From: an uncultured Opitutales bacterium
Lineage (GTDB): Bacteria; Verrucomicrobiota; Verrucomicrobiia; Opitutales; Intestinicryptomonadaceae
Assembly (NCBI GenBank): GCA_934660865.1
Contig: CAKUIA010000020.1
Coordinates: 1 to 32,000 of the forward strand
Direction: 5' to 3'
Length of the DNA: 32,000 nucleotides
The notes under the pieces were generated by a model that ran no database searches, was not told where the DNA came from, and saw only the letters and a program-made list of their open reading frames with translations. Each line of letters starts with the position of its first letter. The stretch's first letter is position 1. Made by a program: the position numbers and the translations under genes. Positions 1 to 9,460 of this stretch are shown in pieces.

Positions 1-143
1 CCCAATTCACTTCCCATACACTCTTGTGTATCTTTATCGCCATCGCCCTTGTCATTACCGCACGCATCGCTGTCGGCAAAAGCATAAAAAGAAGCAAGCG
101 TTATAACAAACGCAAATATTATTTTTATAATTTTAGTTTTCAT
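1..143 (-). CDS. N-terminal part of a secreted protein (partial; continues past window start)
   Basis: Hand translation of the minus strand from ATG (143..141) gives MKTKIIKIIFAFVITLASFYAFADSDACGNDKGDGDKDTQECMGSEL, open to position 1. The K-rich N-terminus, hydrophobic core and AFA/D resemble a Sec signal peptide. It is not in the ORF track because the window edge cuts it. Confidence 0.4.
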   Translation of the reverse strand, partial: MKTKIIKIIFAFVITLASFYAFADSDACGNDKGDGDKDTQECMGSEL

Positions 144-337
144 AGTGTTTTTCTTTCTATATCTGGCACAAAATAGAATTATAAAAATTTGTCAAGCGCT
201 TTTTGTGATATTTTTATGTTTTATACATTTTTTATAAATCAATCTATTTATTGTTTATACGTTAAACATTCTTGTTTTATTGTAAATATAACAAAAGTAA
301 GGCAACAATAATTACCCGAAATTTACGCAATAATATA

Positions 338-366
338 TTGACGGCAATAAAATTTGCCAATAAGTT
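338..366 (+). promoter_or_regulatory. Possible sigma70-type promoter TTGACG-N17-TAAGTT ending 7 nt before the ATG at 373
   Basis: TTGACG at 338..343, a 17-nt spacer containing the small palindrome GGCAA-N6-TTGCC, then TAAGTT at 361..366. It lies in a very AT-rich 230-bp divergent intergenic region. If real, it implies a leaderless or near-leaderless mRNA. Confidence 0.25.
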
Positions 367-372
367 GCCCGT

Positions 373-835
373 ATGGTTTTTGCGAATTTAATTTGGCCTG
401 CAATGTATATAAACGAAGGCTTTTCGGCATTTTGGGTGGCTGCCCTTAGCGTAGTTATAGAAGCGTATTTTTTCGGCAAGGCCTTTTGCTGCAACTCGCA
501 AAAAAAGGCCCTTATATTGTCGCTTATTGCAAATGCGGCCACAGCTTTTCTTGGGCATGGCAAAAATTACGCCATTTGTTGCGCTAATACCTACATTGTT
601 GCACGATATGCTTGTTAGGGCAACCTTTGCCCCGTCGGGCTGGGTTGCGGCAATTCTATTTTACCTGTTTTTTAATTCTGCAATAGAATATTTTGCAGCC
701 AGGGCATTTGCAAAATATGTGCTATACAAAAAAAGCGCGCACCCTTTTGCAAAGCACCCATATCTTTTGATTGTAGCTGCAAACTGCCTAACGTTTGCGC
801 TTGCAGCCGTAGAAATAATAAAAAACCGAATATAG
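373..835 (+). pseudogene. Small polytopic membrane protein split over two reading frames (frameshift or sequencing indel near 546..559)
   Basis: ORFs 373..618 (frame 1) and 527..835 (frame 2) overlap, and both are hydrophobic. Both frames read ...FLG across the TTTT run at 546..549. The two halves share a repeated pattern (VVIEAYFFGKAF...LIANAATAFLG versus SAIEYFAARAF...IVAANCLTFALA), which suggests one internally duplicated protein of about 150 aa. Confidence 0.4.
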
Positions 836-865
836 GCACGCCCGCTTAAGAAGCGCACGCCGCCA

Positions 866-903
866 CACAAAAAACAAAAAAAACGCAGCCTGTTGGCCGC
901 GTT
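866..903 (-). terminator. Rho-independent terminator downstream of the tRNA pair
   Basis: Minus strand reads AACGCGGCC-AACA-GGCTGCGTT (9-bp stem, one mismatch) followed by TTTTTTTTGTTTTTTG. Confidence 0.6.
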
Positions 904-917
904 CTACGGAAAATCAA

Positions 918-993
918 TGGTGGAGCCGATGAGGTTCGAACTCACGATCTCCAAAATGCGAATCTGGCGCTCTTCCAACTGAGCTACGGCCCC
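918..993 (-). tRNA. tRNA-Ala (anticodon CGC)
   Basis: The reverse complement folds by hand into a cloverleaf: GGGGCCG acceptor with G3:U70, D arm GCTC/GAGC, anticodon arm CCAGA-TTCGCAT-TTTGG, T arm GTGAG-TTCGAAC-CTCAT, and an encoded 3' CCA. Length 76 nt. Confidence 0.9.
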
Positions 994-1036
994 ATTGAGG
1001 ATTAAGACGAACCTAAACTCCGTCTTAAAAAAATTA

Positions 1037-1110
1037 TCGGGCCGCCGAGGATCGAACTCGGGACCTCTTACACCCCATGCAAGCGCGCTACCAGACTGCG
1101 CTACGGCCCG
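1037..1110 (-). tRNA. tRNA-Pro (anticodon GGG)
   Basis: The reverse complement is CGGGCCG-TA-GCGC...GCGC-G-CTTGC-ATGGGGT-GTAAG-AGGTC-CCGAG-TTCGATC-CTCGG-CGGCCCG-A. It has a C1:G72 pair, U33 and G37. Length 74 nt, and CCA is not encoded (ATAA follows). Confidence 0.9.
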
Positions 1111-1265
1111 TAATTTTTATCCGCCCAATACTGACTATTTTGCTTTATTATGCAAGCGAAAAGTTGAATTTTTTTATTTTTATGCGCCGTTTTGAATTTT
1201 TGCACAAGGCTAACTTCTTTTTAAACAGGCATATACTGTAATTTGCACAAAAAAAACGGCCCCTC

Positions 1266-1303
1266 TAAAAAAAACAAAAAGACCCCCTAAAAAGGAGGTC
1301 TTT
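1266..1303 (-). terminator. Rho-independent terminator of glgP
   Basis: Minus strand reads AGACCTCCT-TTTT-AGGGGGTCT (9 bp including one G:U) followed by TTTTTGTTTTTTTT. It lies 20 nt after the glgP stop. Confidence 0.7.
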
Positions 1304-1323
1304 GCACATTTGGCGCCTGCAAA

Positions 1324-3807
1324 TTATATTAAATGCCAAATGTCTTTTGCGTATTCGCTAATTGTTCTGTCGGACGAGAACTTAGAGCAGCGCGCGGTAT
1401 TCAAAATTGCCATACGCGCCCACTTTTGCTTGTCCATATACGCACGGCTTGCCTTGTCTTGAGCGTCGCAATAGGCCTTAAAGTCGGCACAGACCATAAA
1501 CGGGTCGCCCCAGTCGAGAATGGACTTGCGAACGAGCATTAAGGCGTACGGGTTTTCGGGAACAAAATAGTCGGAAACCAGCCAATCTAAAACCGCCTTC
1601 AGCTCTGGGTCGCTATTATAGTAGTTATAGGGGTTGTAGCCGTTAGATTTAAGCTCTTGAACCTCCTCTACGGTTTTGCCGAATATGAAGATGTTGTCTT
1701 TGCCGACTTCTTCGAGAATTTCGACATTCGCGCCGTCTAAAGTGCCCATAGTTAAAGCGCCGTTAAGGGCAAGTTTCATATTGCCAGTACCCGATGCCTC
1801 TTTGCCTGCGGTGGAAATCTGCTCCGACAAGTCGGCGGCGGGAATAATGCTCATTGCCAAGGTTACGCTGTAGTTGGGTATAAACACAACCTTTAGCTTG
1901 TCGCCAACGCGCGGGTCGTTATTTATAACGTCGGCAACCCTGTTTATTGCAAAGATTATGTTCTTTGCAATATCGTAGCCGGGGGCCGCCTTTGCGCCGA
2001 ATATGAACACGCGGGGGGCAACATTTGCCGAGGGATTGTGCAGAATATCCTTATAAAGCTTTAATATGTGCAACAAGTTAAGGTGCTGCCTTTTATATTC
2101 GTGCAGCCTCTTAACCTGAACGTCGAACATGGCGTCGCAATTAAGGTCTACCTTGCATAGGTCCTTAACAATGCCCGCAAGCCTTTCCTTGTTTTGGCGT
2201 TTAACGGCCATAAACTTTTCCTGGAACTGGGCATTGTCGGCAAACTTTTCCAGCCCCTTTAGCAAGCCCAAATTTACCGGCCATGTCTTGTTTTGCAGGG
2301 TTTCGTCGAGCAGCGACGACAGCGCGGGGTTTGCGGTTTTTATCCACCTGCGCGGAGTTATGCCGTTTGTTTTGTTGTTGAATTTTTCGGGCGTAATTTC
2401 GTAGAAATCGCGCAATACGCTTTCCTTTAGCAATTCCGAGTGCAAGGCCGCAACCCCGTTTACGCTAAAGCTGCCTACAACGGCCAAATAAGCCATTCTT
2501 ACCATTTTCGGCGCGCCCTCTTCTATAATCGAAAGCCTGCTCTTTTTGTCGTTGTCGCCGGGGTATTTCTTTTCGACTTCGTCGAGCCACCTGCGGTTGA
2601 TTTCGTATATAATCTGCAAATGGCGCGGCAATGTTCTCTGGAACAGGGGAACTGCCCACTTTTCCAGCGCTTCGGGCAGCAATGTATGGTTTGTATATGC
2701 CATAACCTTTGTTACAATGCTCCATGCGTAGTCCCAATCCAGCTTTTCGACGTCTACAAAAAGCCTCATTAGCTCGGCAACGGCAATGGCCGGGTGCGTG
2801 TCGTTAAGCTGAATTACCGCCTTTTCGGCAAACTTGCTCCAATCGGTGCCGTTTGTCTTTTTAAACCTGCGGATAATGTCTTGCAGCGAGCTTGAAACAA
2901 AGAAGTATTGCTGAACCAAACGCAAATATTTGCCGTTTTCGGTTTTGTCGTTCGGGTACAACACTTTCGAGATTGTCTCTATTGTGGCCTTTTCATGCAC
3001 GGCTTCGGTGTAGCCGCCGTTGTTGAATGCGTGAAGGTCGAACTCGTTGCTGGCTTTCGATTCCCACAAACGCAAAAAGTTTACGGTTTTTGCCCCGTAG
3101 CCTACAATGGGAACGTCCCACGGGACGCTTAAAAACTCTACGCTGGGCCTCCATACAACCGACCAGTCGCCCTTGTCGTTTACCATGCTTTCGACATGGC
3201 CGCCCAAACCGATTTTCATTGTATATTCGGGACGCACAAACCCCCACGGGCTGCCGTATCTAAGCCAGTTGTCGGGAGACTCTGTCTGCCTGCCGTTTTC
3301 GAAGCTTTGGCGGAACAGCCCGAATTCGTACTTAATGCCGTAGCCTACCGCGGGCAAATCGAGAGTGGCAAGCGAATCCAAAAAACACGCCGCTAGCCTG
3401 CCCAAACCGCCGTTGCCAAGCCCCATGTCTACCTCCGAGGCTACAACTTCGTCGAAATTAAGGCCAAGCTCCTTATAGGCTTTGTCTACGGCGCTTTTAA
3501 TTCCCAAATTGTTTATGGTGTCTTTTGTAAGACGCCCCATAAGATATTCCAACGAAAGGTAGTATACCCTCTTGCAGTTGCTGTTATGCTGGTGTTTCAT
3601 TGTCTCGATGAAACGGCCCATCATTAAATCCCTAATGGCATAGGCTGTGGCAACCCACCAGTCGCGGCGCGTTGCAGTCATTTCCGACCTCGCAAGCGAG
3701 CGTTCCAAATGCCACAAAATGGCTTGCTTCATTTCCGACGCAGTTGTATGCGTGTAAAATTTACATTCAGGCACTTTAACCGTTGTTTTATTTTTTTCGC
3801 TTTTCAT
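1324..3807 (-). CDS. glgP: Glycogen/maltodextrin phosphorylase (GT35)
   Basis: 827-aa ORF with the pyridoxal-phosphate lysine motif [28 protein letters not shown] and full-length alpha-glucan phosphorylase-like sequence ([22 protein letters not shown]). Confidence 0.95.
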   Translation of the reverse strand: MKSEKNKTTVKVPECKFYTHTTASEMKQAILWHLERSLARSEMTATRRDWWVATAYAIRDLMMGRFIETMKHQHNSNCKRVYYLSLEYLMGRLTKDTINNLGIKSAVDKAYKELGLNFDEVVASEVDMGLGNGGLGRLAACFLDSLATLDLPAVGYGIKYEFGLFRQSFENGRQTESPDNWLRYGSPWGFVRPEYTMKIGLGGHVESMVNDKGDWSVVWRPSVEFLSVPWDVPIVGYGAKTVNFLRLWESKASNEFDLHAFNNGGYTEAVHEKATIETISKVLYPNDKTENGKYLRLVQQYFFVSSSLQDIIRRFKKTNGTDWSKFAEKAVIQLNDTHPAIAVAELMRLFVDVEKLDWDYAWSIVTKVMAYTNHTLLPEALEKWAVPLFQRTLPRHLQIIYEINRRWLDEVEKKYPGDNDKKSRLSIIEEGAPKMVRMAYLAVVGSFSVNGVAALHSELLKESVLRDFYEITPEKFNNKTNGITPRRWIKTANPALSSLLDETLQNKTWPVNLGLLKGLEKFADNAQFQEKFMAVKRQNKERLAGIVKDLCKVDLNCDAMFDVQVKRLHEYKRQHLNLLHILKLYKDILHNPSANVAPRVFIFGAKAAPGYDIAKNIIFAINRVADVINNDPRVGDKLKVVFIPNYSVTLAMSIIPAADLSEQISTAGKEASGTGNMKLALNGALTMGTLDGANVEILEEVGKDNIFIFGKTVEEVQELKSNGYNPYNYYNSDPELKAVLDWLVSDYFVPENPYALMLVRKSILDWGDPFMVCADFKAYCDAQDKASRAYMDKQKWARMAILNTARCSKFSSDRTISEYAKDIWHLI

Positions 3808-3854
3808 ATTTTTATAAAAAAACAGTAAATAAACTTAAGCAAAAGCGAAAGCTT

Positions 3855-3882
3855 TTGACAAGCGCGGAATTGCATTTATAAA
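3855..3882 (+). promoter_or_regulatory. Possible sigma70-type promoter TTGACA-N16-TATAAA for the rhomboid gene
   Basis: TTGACA at 3855..3860 and TATAAA at 3877..3882, about 50 nt upstream of the ATG at 3932, in the divergent glgP/rhomboid intergenic region. Confidence 0.35.
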
Positions 3883-3931
3883 AAGCCTATAATTTTACGA
3901 TTTTACGACCATATATACGGATTCAAAGAAA

Positions 3932-4798
3932 ATGTTTTCCGACAGACAATATTCGGGCTTTGGCACCAACGAAAAAAGCGGGCGTTTTAGCGTGCTGTAT
4001 GCTATTATACTCGTAAACATTGCGGCTTTTTTAATGGAAACCGTTTTTGGCAGGCTTTTTGCCACCCAGTTTTTGGATTTGCTGCTTTCGCTTTCGCCCC
4101 AAAGCCTTAAAAGCGGGGCAATTTGGGAATTTTTTACATACAGCATTGTGCACGCAAACCTTACCCACATTCTGCTTAACATGCTGGGGCTGTATTTTGC
4201 TGGCAAATGGGTGGAAAGCACAATGGGCGGCAAAAACTTTTTTGCGCTATATCTTTTTGCCGTGTTTTTCGGCGCAATTTTTTGGCTGCTGGGCGCCGCG
4301 GCTTCGCCGAGGGGGGCTTCGGAAATTTTGTGCGGGGCGTCGGCCGGCGTTTTGGGCGTAGTTGCCGCCTTTTGCATGCTATACCCCAAAGACAGATACC
4401 TTACGGCCCTTGTGTTTTTTATATTGCCGATAAAAGTTAAGCCGAGGGTTTTTCTGTATATAATTGTAGGCTACGAAGTTTTTGCGCTGTTGACAATGGA
4501 GCTTTCAAGCCCGGCGTACGACATTGCAAACTCGGCCCACATAGGCGGAATTATTGCGGGCGTGCTCTTTGCGCTTTTGTATAGAAACGGCACGCTCGAT
4601 TTCGGCAAATTTTCGATAAAAACGCCCGAACAAAAAATGCGCGCCGACGACTTTAACTTTGAAGTAAACATTGTCGATACCGAAAAGCTGAAGGCCGAAG
4701 TAAACCGCATTTTAGACAAAGTGGCAAAAGAGGGCTTTAATTCGCTTAGCCAAAGCGAGCGCGAAACTCTGAAAAGGGCAAAAGACTATATGGATTAG
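3932..4798 (+). CDS. Rhomboid-family intramembrane serine protease
   Basis: 288 aa and polytopic. It has the HANLTHILLNMLGLYFAG motif, the catalytic Ser motif GASAGVLGV and the catalytic His in AHIGGIIAG. A soluble C-terminal tail of about 70 aa follows. Confidence 0.85.
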   Translation: MFSDRQYSGFGTNEKSGRFSVLYAIILVNIAAFLMETVFGRLFATQFLDLLLSLSPQSLKSGAIWEFFTYSIVHANLTHILLNMLGLYFAGKWVESTMGGKNFFALYLFAVFFGAIFWLLGAAASPRGASEILCGASAGVLGVVAAFCMLYPKDRYLTALVFFILPIKVKPRVFLYIIVGYEVFALLTMELSSPAYDIANSAHIGGIIAGVLFALLYRNGTLDFGKFSIKTPEQKMRADDFNFEVNIVDTEKLKAEVNRILDKVAKEGFNSLSQSERETLKRAKDYMD

Positions 4799-4854
4799 AA
4801 CTTGTGCCGTTTTACGGTGTCTTATAAATTGTATATAAAGGATTTTTTACAGAT

Positions 4855-7101
4855 ATGAAAACGTTAAGGAAGTTTTTGATATTATTTGCGCTGCTTTGGG
4901 CGGCTTTGCTTGTCGGGGCGGCGCAGTCGCCGATTACGCTGCAAACAAGCCCGAAAATGCGCGAGGAAACCAAGTTTTTGGTATTCTGCATGGAAAGGGC
5001 GCATTTCGACAAAACCGCAATTCAGGATTTGGACCTGCGCGAATTTGTGCGCGAATATATGTCGAATTTAGACTTTATGCGCCTGTTCTTTTTGGCGGAA
5101 GACCTGCAGCACTATCAGGATTTGTTTGCCCCAACAGCCGACATTATGCTTCACCAAGGCACAATGCTGCCCGCCTTTACCATATACGACAGGTTTTTGG
5201 AAAGGGCCAAAAGCAGGCTTGCGTGGATAAAGGAAAGGATAAAAAAGCCCATAGATTTGTCGAACAAGGAAAGCTTTACCCCCGACCGCAGCAAGCAAGA
5301 CTGGCCCGCAAGCACGGCCTCGGCCGACGCCCTTTGGGAAAAACGCCTTACTTTCGACATAGAAAACCAGATTTTAAGCTACGACAAACCTAAAAAGGAA
5401 AAGGACAAATCCGACGATAAATTGGCCGACAAGGCCGCGGCAAAAAAAGACGATGCCAAACCAATGACTTTCGACGAAAAAGTCGAAAAGGCAAAGGCCG
5501 AAGTTTTAAAACGCTACGAAAAGATTGTGGAAAATGCCGAAAAGTCGGACGCAATGGAAATTCAGGAGATATACCTGCACACCCTTTGCAGCATGTACGA
5601 TCCGCACTCGGAATTTATGTCGGAATACTTCCTCGAAGAATTCGACATTTCCATACGCAATTCGCTTGTGGGCATAGGCGCGGTTTTGCAGGACAAAGAC
5701 GGCTATTGCACAATCAACGAGCTAATGGCGGGCGGCCCCGCCGAAAAGAGCAAAAAAATTAAAACCGGCGACAAGATTGTTGCGGTAAGCGACGCCAACG
5801 GCGAAATGGTAGACGTAATAGGAATGAAGCTGCGCAAGGTTGTTAAAATGATTAGGGGCGACAAAAACACCACCGTGCGCCTTAAAATAGAACCCGCCAA
5901 CAATACATCGGCGGCCTACGAAATAAGCCTTGTAAGAGACGAAATAAAGCTTACAACAAAGCTGGCAAAGGCGGCTGTATACCAAATTCCCTACCGCGAC
6001 AGAACAATACCCATCGGCGTTATAGACCTGCCCGCCTTCTACGGCGAAAACGAAACGCACGGCGCAAAGGGGTTTTCTACAACAAAAAATGTAGAGGAGC
6101 TTTTGCTTAAGCTGAAAGCGCAAAACGTTAAGGGCGTAATTTTGGACATTCGCCGAAACGGCGGCGGCTTTTTAAACGAAGCGATAGACTTGGCGGGCTT
6201 GTTCATAAAAAAAGGCCCTGTTGTGCAGACAAAAGACACGGCCGGCCGCCAAAACGTTTTAAGCGACGAAAACCCGAAAGTTGTTTGGCAGGGGCCTTTG
6301 ATTGTGTTGGTAAGCAAATTGTCGGCGTCGTCGTCGGAAATTTTGGCGGGAGCTTTAAAAGACCACAAGCGCGCCATAATTGTGGGCGACAAAAACACAT
6401 TCGGCAAGGGCACCGTGCAAACCGTATACAACCTTAGCAACTTCGAGCCCGAATTGAAAAGCGCGGCAAAAATTACCGTGCAAAAATGGTACGCCCCCAA
6501 CGGCGAATCCATACAGCTTAAGGGCATTGAATCGGACATAAGCTTCCCGTCGATATACGACGATATGAAGATAGACGAAGCCTCGAAAGACAACGCCATG
6601 AAGTGGGACTCGATAAAGAGCGTAGACGTAGGCGAAGTTTACAACTACGGCATAAACGCGGCAAACGCGGGCGACTTAATCGCAAAATTGCGCTTCGAAT
6701 CGGAAAAACGCAGGCAAAATTCAAACGAATTTAAATTCTATCAGGAGCGCGTAGACTGGTTTAAACAAAAGCAAAAGCAAAAAAGCTATTCTTTGGACAT
6801 CAACGCGCGCAAAAGCCAAATGGAAAAAGACCAGGCCTTTTTGGACGAAAACGAAAAGCGCGAAAAGGAGTTTGTAAAAACAAACTACACCTTTACCGAA
6901 ATTTTGCTCGACAGCGCAAAAGAGCTTGAAAAAGACACTCCCAAAAAGAAAAAGAAGCTGGACGACGACCTAAACGAGCTTGATGCCTTAGAAGACGACG
7001 ACGCCCCCGAATTCGACGTTCAAATGAGGGAGTCGCTGCACATTATGTGCGACTGGATTAGCGAAATAGAGTCGCAAAATTCGCAGGCGAAAACAAAGTA
7101 A
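4855..7101 (+). CDS. prc: Tail-specific (C-terminal processing) protease, peptidase S41 with PDZ domain
   Basis: 748 aa with an N-terminal signal peptide (LILFALLWAALLVGAAQS). PDZ-like segment GIGAVLQDKDGYCTINELMAGGPAEKSKKIKTGDKIVAV. S41 core LVSKLSASSSEILAGALKDHKRAIIVGDKNTFGKGTVQ. Long charged C-terminal region. Confidence 0.9.
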   Translation: MKTLRKFLILFALLWAALLVGAAQSPITLQTSPKMREETKFLVFCMERAHFDKTAIQDLDLREFVREYMSNLDFMRLFFLAEDLQHYQDLFAPTADIMLHQGTMLPAFTIYDRFLERAKSRLAWIKERIKKPIDLSNKESFTPDRSKQDWPASTASADALWEKRLTFDIENQILSYDKPKKEKDKSDDKLADKAAAKKDDAKPMTFDEKVEKAKAEVLKRYEKIVENAEKSDAMEIQEIYLHTLCSMYDPHSEFMSEYFLEEFDISIRNSLVGIGAVLQDKDGYCTINELMAGGPAEKSKKIKTGDKIVAVSDANGEMVDVIGMKLRKVVKMIRGDKNTTVRLKIEPANNTSAAYEISLVRDEIKLTTKLAKAAVYQIPYRDRTIPIGVIDLPAFYGENETHGAKGFSTTKNVEELLLKLKAQNVKGVILDIRRNGGGFLNEAIDLAGLFIKKGPVVQTKDTAGRQNVLSDENPKVVWQGPLIVLVSKLSASSSEILAGALKDHKRAIIVGDKNTFGKGTVQTVYNLSNFEPELKSAAKITVQKWYAPNGESIQLKGIESDISFPSIYDDMKIDEASKDNAMKWDSIKSVDVGEVYNYGINAANAGDLIAKLRFESEKRRQNSNEFKFYQERVDWFKQKQKQKSYSLDINARKSQMEKDQAFLDENEKREKEFVKTNYTFTEILLDSAKELEKDTPKKKKKLDDDLNELDALEDDDAPEFDVQMRESLHIMCDWISEIESQNSQAKTK

Positions 7102-7116
7102 AAGGAAAAACAAAGT

Positions 7117-7148
7117 AAAGGGCCGCACTTAACGCGGCCTTTTTTATT
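7117..7148 (+). terminator. Rho-independent terminator of prc
   Basis: GGCCGC-ACTTAAC-GCGGCC, extended by A:T pairs, followed by TTTTTTATT. It lies 16 nt after the stop. Confidence 0.7.
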
Positions 7149-7164
7149 GCGCGCAATACACCGG

Positions 7165-7213
7165 CAAAAAAAACGGCGCAATCCGTAAAAACTGCGCCGT
7201 TTTTTGTTTTTGC
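7165..7213. terminator. Bidirectional terminator between convergent prc and argG
   Basis: ACGGCGCA-N12-TGCGCCGT is flanked by A8 on the left and TTTTTGTTTTT on the right, so a U-tail follows the hairpin on either strand. Confidence 0.7.
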
Positions 7214-7226
7214 TGTAAAGAAAATG

Positions 7227-8489
7227 CTACTTTACGATTTTCGACTTCGAGGCAACTTTTGCGCCCTTTTGCCTTAAGGCTCTTTCACGGAGTCTTAATG
7301 CCTGCAGGTGTATAAAGCCCGTTGCGTCGTCTTGGTTGTAGTCGCTCTTTACGCCTTCCATGCTTGCAATCTTGTCGTCGTACAAGCTGTAGGGGCTCTT
7401 TCTGCCTACGCAGATTACCGAACCTTTATAGAGCTTTAGGCGAACCGTGCCGCTTACACATTCCTGGCTTTTGTCGATAAAGGCCTGCAATGCTTCGCGT
7501 TCGGGAGCATACCAAAAACCGTTGTATACCAATTCGGCATACTTCGGGGTAAGCATATCGCGCAAGTGCATAAGTTCCCTGTCCATTGTAATGGTTTCCA
7601 TATTCCTATGGCCGGCAAGCAATATTGCGCCGCCGGGAGTTTCGTATACGCCGCGGCTCTTCATGCCAACAAAGCGGTTTTCAACAATGTCTACCCTGCC
7701 TATGCCGTGCTTGCCGCCAAGCTTGTTCAATGTTTTCATAACCTGCGAGGGGGTCATCTTCTTGCCGTTAATTGCAACGCAGTCGCCTTCCTTGAATTCC
7801 AAGTCGATATACTCGGGCTTGTTGGGGGCGTCTTGAGGGTCTACACTAAGCTTGAACATACCCTTGTTTGCGGGAACGGTCGGGTCGAACCACGGGTCTT
7901 CCAAAATGCCCGCTTCGTAGGAAATATGCAGCATATTTCTGTCCATCGAATAGGGTTTTTTGGCCGAAGCTTCTACATTGATATTGTGCTGTTTGCAGTA
8001 TTCAATCATTTCGCTTCTGCCGGGGAAAGCCGCGCGGAAGTCGTCCATTCTCCAGGGCGAAATAACCTTAAGGTCGGGTGCTAGTGCCGCAAACGACAGC
8101 TCGAAACGGCACTGGTCGTTGCCCTTGCCCGTTGCGCCGTGGGCTACGGCGTCGGCCTTGACTTTTTTGGCTATTTCTATGTGCGCTTTTGCAATCAAAG
8201 GACGCGCAATCGAAGTACCCAAATAGTACTGGTTTTCGTAGAGTGCGTTTGCCCTCATCATCGGGAAGATGAAGTCTTTGGCGAATTCGTCTACCAAGTC
8301 TACGGTGTAGTGCGCAACCGCGCCCGACTTTTTCGACTTTTGGGCGAGACCTTTTAGCTCCTCTTCCTGACCTACGTCTGCGGAAAATGTTACTATGTCC
8401 GCATTGTAGCGTTCTTTAAGCCAGCTTACCAAAACGGAAGTATCCAAACCGCCCGAATAAGCCAATACGATTTTCATTTTCTTTTTCAT
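7227..8489 (-). CDS. argG: Argininosuccinate synthase
   Basis: Contains AYSGGLDTS (ATP PPi-loop) and [13 protein letters not shown] motifs. The start may be the second ATG at 8477 ([10 protein letters not shown]). Confidence 0.95.
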   Translation of the reverse strand: MKKKMKIVLAYSGGLDTSVLVSWLKERYNADIVTFSADVGQEEELKGLAQKSKKSGAVAHYTVDLVDEFAKDFIFPMMRANALYENQYYLGTSIARPLIAKAHIEIAKKVKADAVAHGATGKGNDQCRFELSFAALAPDLKVISPWRMDDFRAAFPGRSEMIEYCKQHNINVEASAKKPYSMDRNMLHISYEAGILEDPWFDPTVPANKGMFKLSVDPQDAPNKPEYIDLEFKEGDCVAINGKKMTPSQVMKTLNKLGGKHGIGRVDIVENRFVGMKSRGVYETPGGAILLAGHRNMETITMDRELMHLRDMLTPKYAELVYNGFWYAPEREALQAFIDKSQECVSGTVRLKLYKGSVICVGRKSPYSLYDDKIASMEGVKSDYNQDDATGFIHLQALRLRERALRQKGAKVASKSKIVK

Positions 8490-8508
8490 ATATTTTTTAT
8501 TAAAAAAA

Positions 8509-9450
8509 TTACCTTTTTGCCAGTTTCGAAATTATGGCCTTTTGAACGTGCAGCCTGTTTTCGGCCTGGTCGAAAACAATGCTTGCCTTCGAGTTTAAAA
8601 CTTCGGCCGAAACCTCTTGGCCCGCGTGCGCGGGCAGGCAGTGCATAAATATGGCCGAGGGCTTTGCCAGCGACATAAGCTTTGCGTTTACCTGATAGGG
8701 CGCAAAAAGCTTCATGCGCTCTTCAACTTCGGCCTCTTTGCCCATGCTTACCCAAACGTCGGTATACAAAACGTCGGCGTTCTTTGCAGCCTTTTTCGGA
8801 TCGGGCTCAAAAGTGTAGGTTTTCTCGAGCTTTGCGTCTTTGTAGATTTTGTCTAAATCGCCCTTCGGCTCGCAGGATTCTGGGCCGCACAAAACAACGT
8901 CGAACCCGAACATAGAGCCCGCCAACGCCAGCGAATAGCCCATATTGCAGGCGGTGTCGCCGAAGAACACAAATTTTTTGCCCTTAAGCGAATCAAGCGA
9001 AACATTGCCGTCTTTGGAGAAATGCTCCATCATTGTAAATGTGTCGGTGTAGCTTTGACAGGGGTGCAGCAAGTCGGTAAGCGCGTTTACAACGGGCAGT
9101 TTGCTGTATTTTGCAAAATCTTCAACAACCTTGTGCTCGTAGGCTCTAATCACCAAGCCGCTTAGGTAGCGGCCCATAACCTTTGCGGTGTCTTCTATGG
9201 TCTCGCCGCGCGAAATTTGAAGGTCGTTTGCATTCAAAAGCATCGGGTGGCCGCCAAGCTCGTATACGCCTACTTCAAACGACAGGCGCGTGCGCGTGCT
9301 TTTCTTGAAGAATATAAGCCCCCACGACTGCCCCCTAAGCAAATCCAAAGGACAAGCCGAACGCGCGCGCTTGTAGCGTTGCGCCAATTCAAAAGTTTCT
9401 TTAGCCTCCTGCAGGCTAAAGTCGGTTTCCCTTAAAAAAGATGTATTCAT
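8509..9450 (-). CDS. argF: Ornithine carbamoyltransferase
   Basis: Contains the STRTR carbamoyl-phosphate motif, HPCQ, the DVWVSMG ornithine-binding motif and HCLPA. Confidence 0.9.
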   Translation of the reverse strand: MNTSFLRETDFSLQEAKETFELAQRYKRARSACPLDLLRGQSWGLIFFKKSTRTRLSFEVGVYELGGHPMLLNANDLQISRGETIEDTAKVMGRYLSGLVIRAYEHKVVEDFAKYSKLPVVNALTDLLHPCQSYTDTFTMMEHFSKDGNVSLDSLKGKKFVFFGDTACNMGYSLALAGSMFGFDVVLCGPESCEPKGDLDKIYKDAKLEKTYTFEPDPKKAAKNADVLYTDVWVSMGKEAEVEERMKLFAPYQVNAKLMSLAKPSAIFMHCLPAHAGQEVSAEVLNSKASIVFDQAENRLHVQKAIISKLAKR

Positions 9451-9460
9451 TGTCTTGTAT

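Noticed and set aside
1003-1027. Hairpin TAAGACG-N11-CGTCTTA between the two tRNAs, next to an A7 run
   Set aside because: On the transcribed minus strand the T-run precedes the stem rather than following it, and on the plus strand As follow it. So it is not a terminator in either orientation. It is probably a processing-spacer structure, and I have no further evidence.
995-1195. 66-aa plus-strand ORF
   Set aside because: It runs antisense through the tRNA-Pro gene and the tRNA spacer, and its translation has no protein-like features. The tRNAs explain the region.
901-1320. Possibility of an integrated mobile element next to the tRNA genes
   Set aside because: No integrase, recombinase, direct repeat of a tRNA 3' end or compositional break is visible. 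glgP follows immediately with its own terminator.
2440-3396. Many 60-110-aa ORFs overlapping glgP on both strands. Similar stacks sit inside argG, argJ, argC, ispH, the PEP-CTERM gene, the giant gene (for example 19699..20091, 20315..20818) and greA (27812..28447, 29381..29929).
   Set aside because: They lie out of frame or antisense within long ORFs that carry clear family motifs. Their translations are R/G/C/L-rich low-complexity strings, typical of alternative frames.
3895-4389. 164-aa minus-strand ORF opposite the rhomboid gene
   Set aside because: The plus-strand frame carries the rhomboid catalytic motifs (GASAG, H..xxH, HIGG). The antisense product has no motif and would overlap the divergent promoter region.
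7146-7157. Perfect 12-bp palindrome ATTGCGCGCAAT between the two terminators
   Set aside because: It is a single short palindrome in a terminator-rich convergent gap, with no recurrence in the window.
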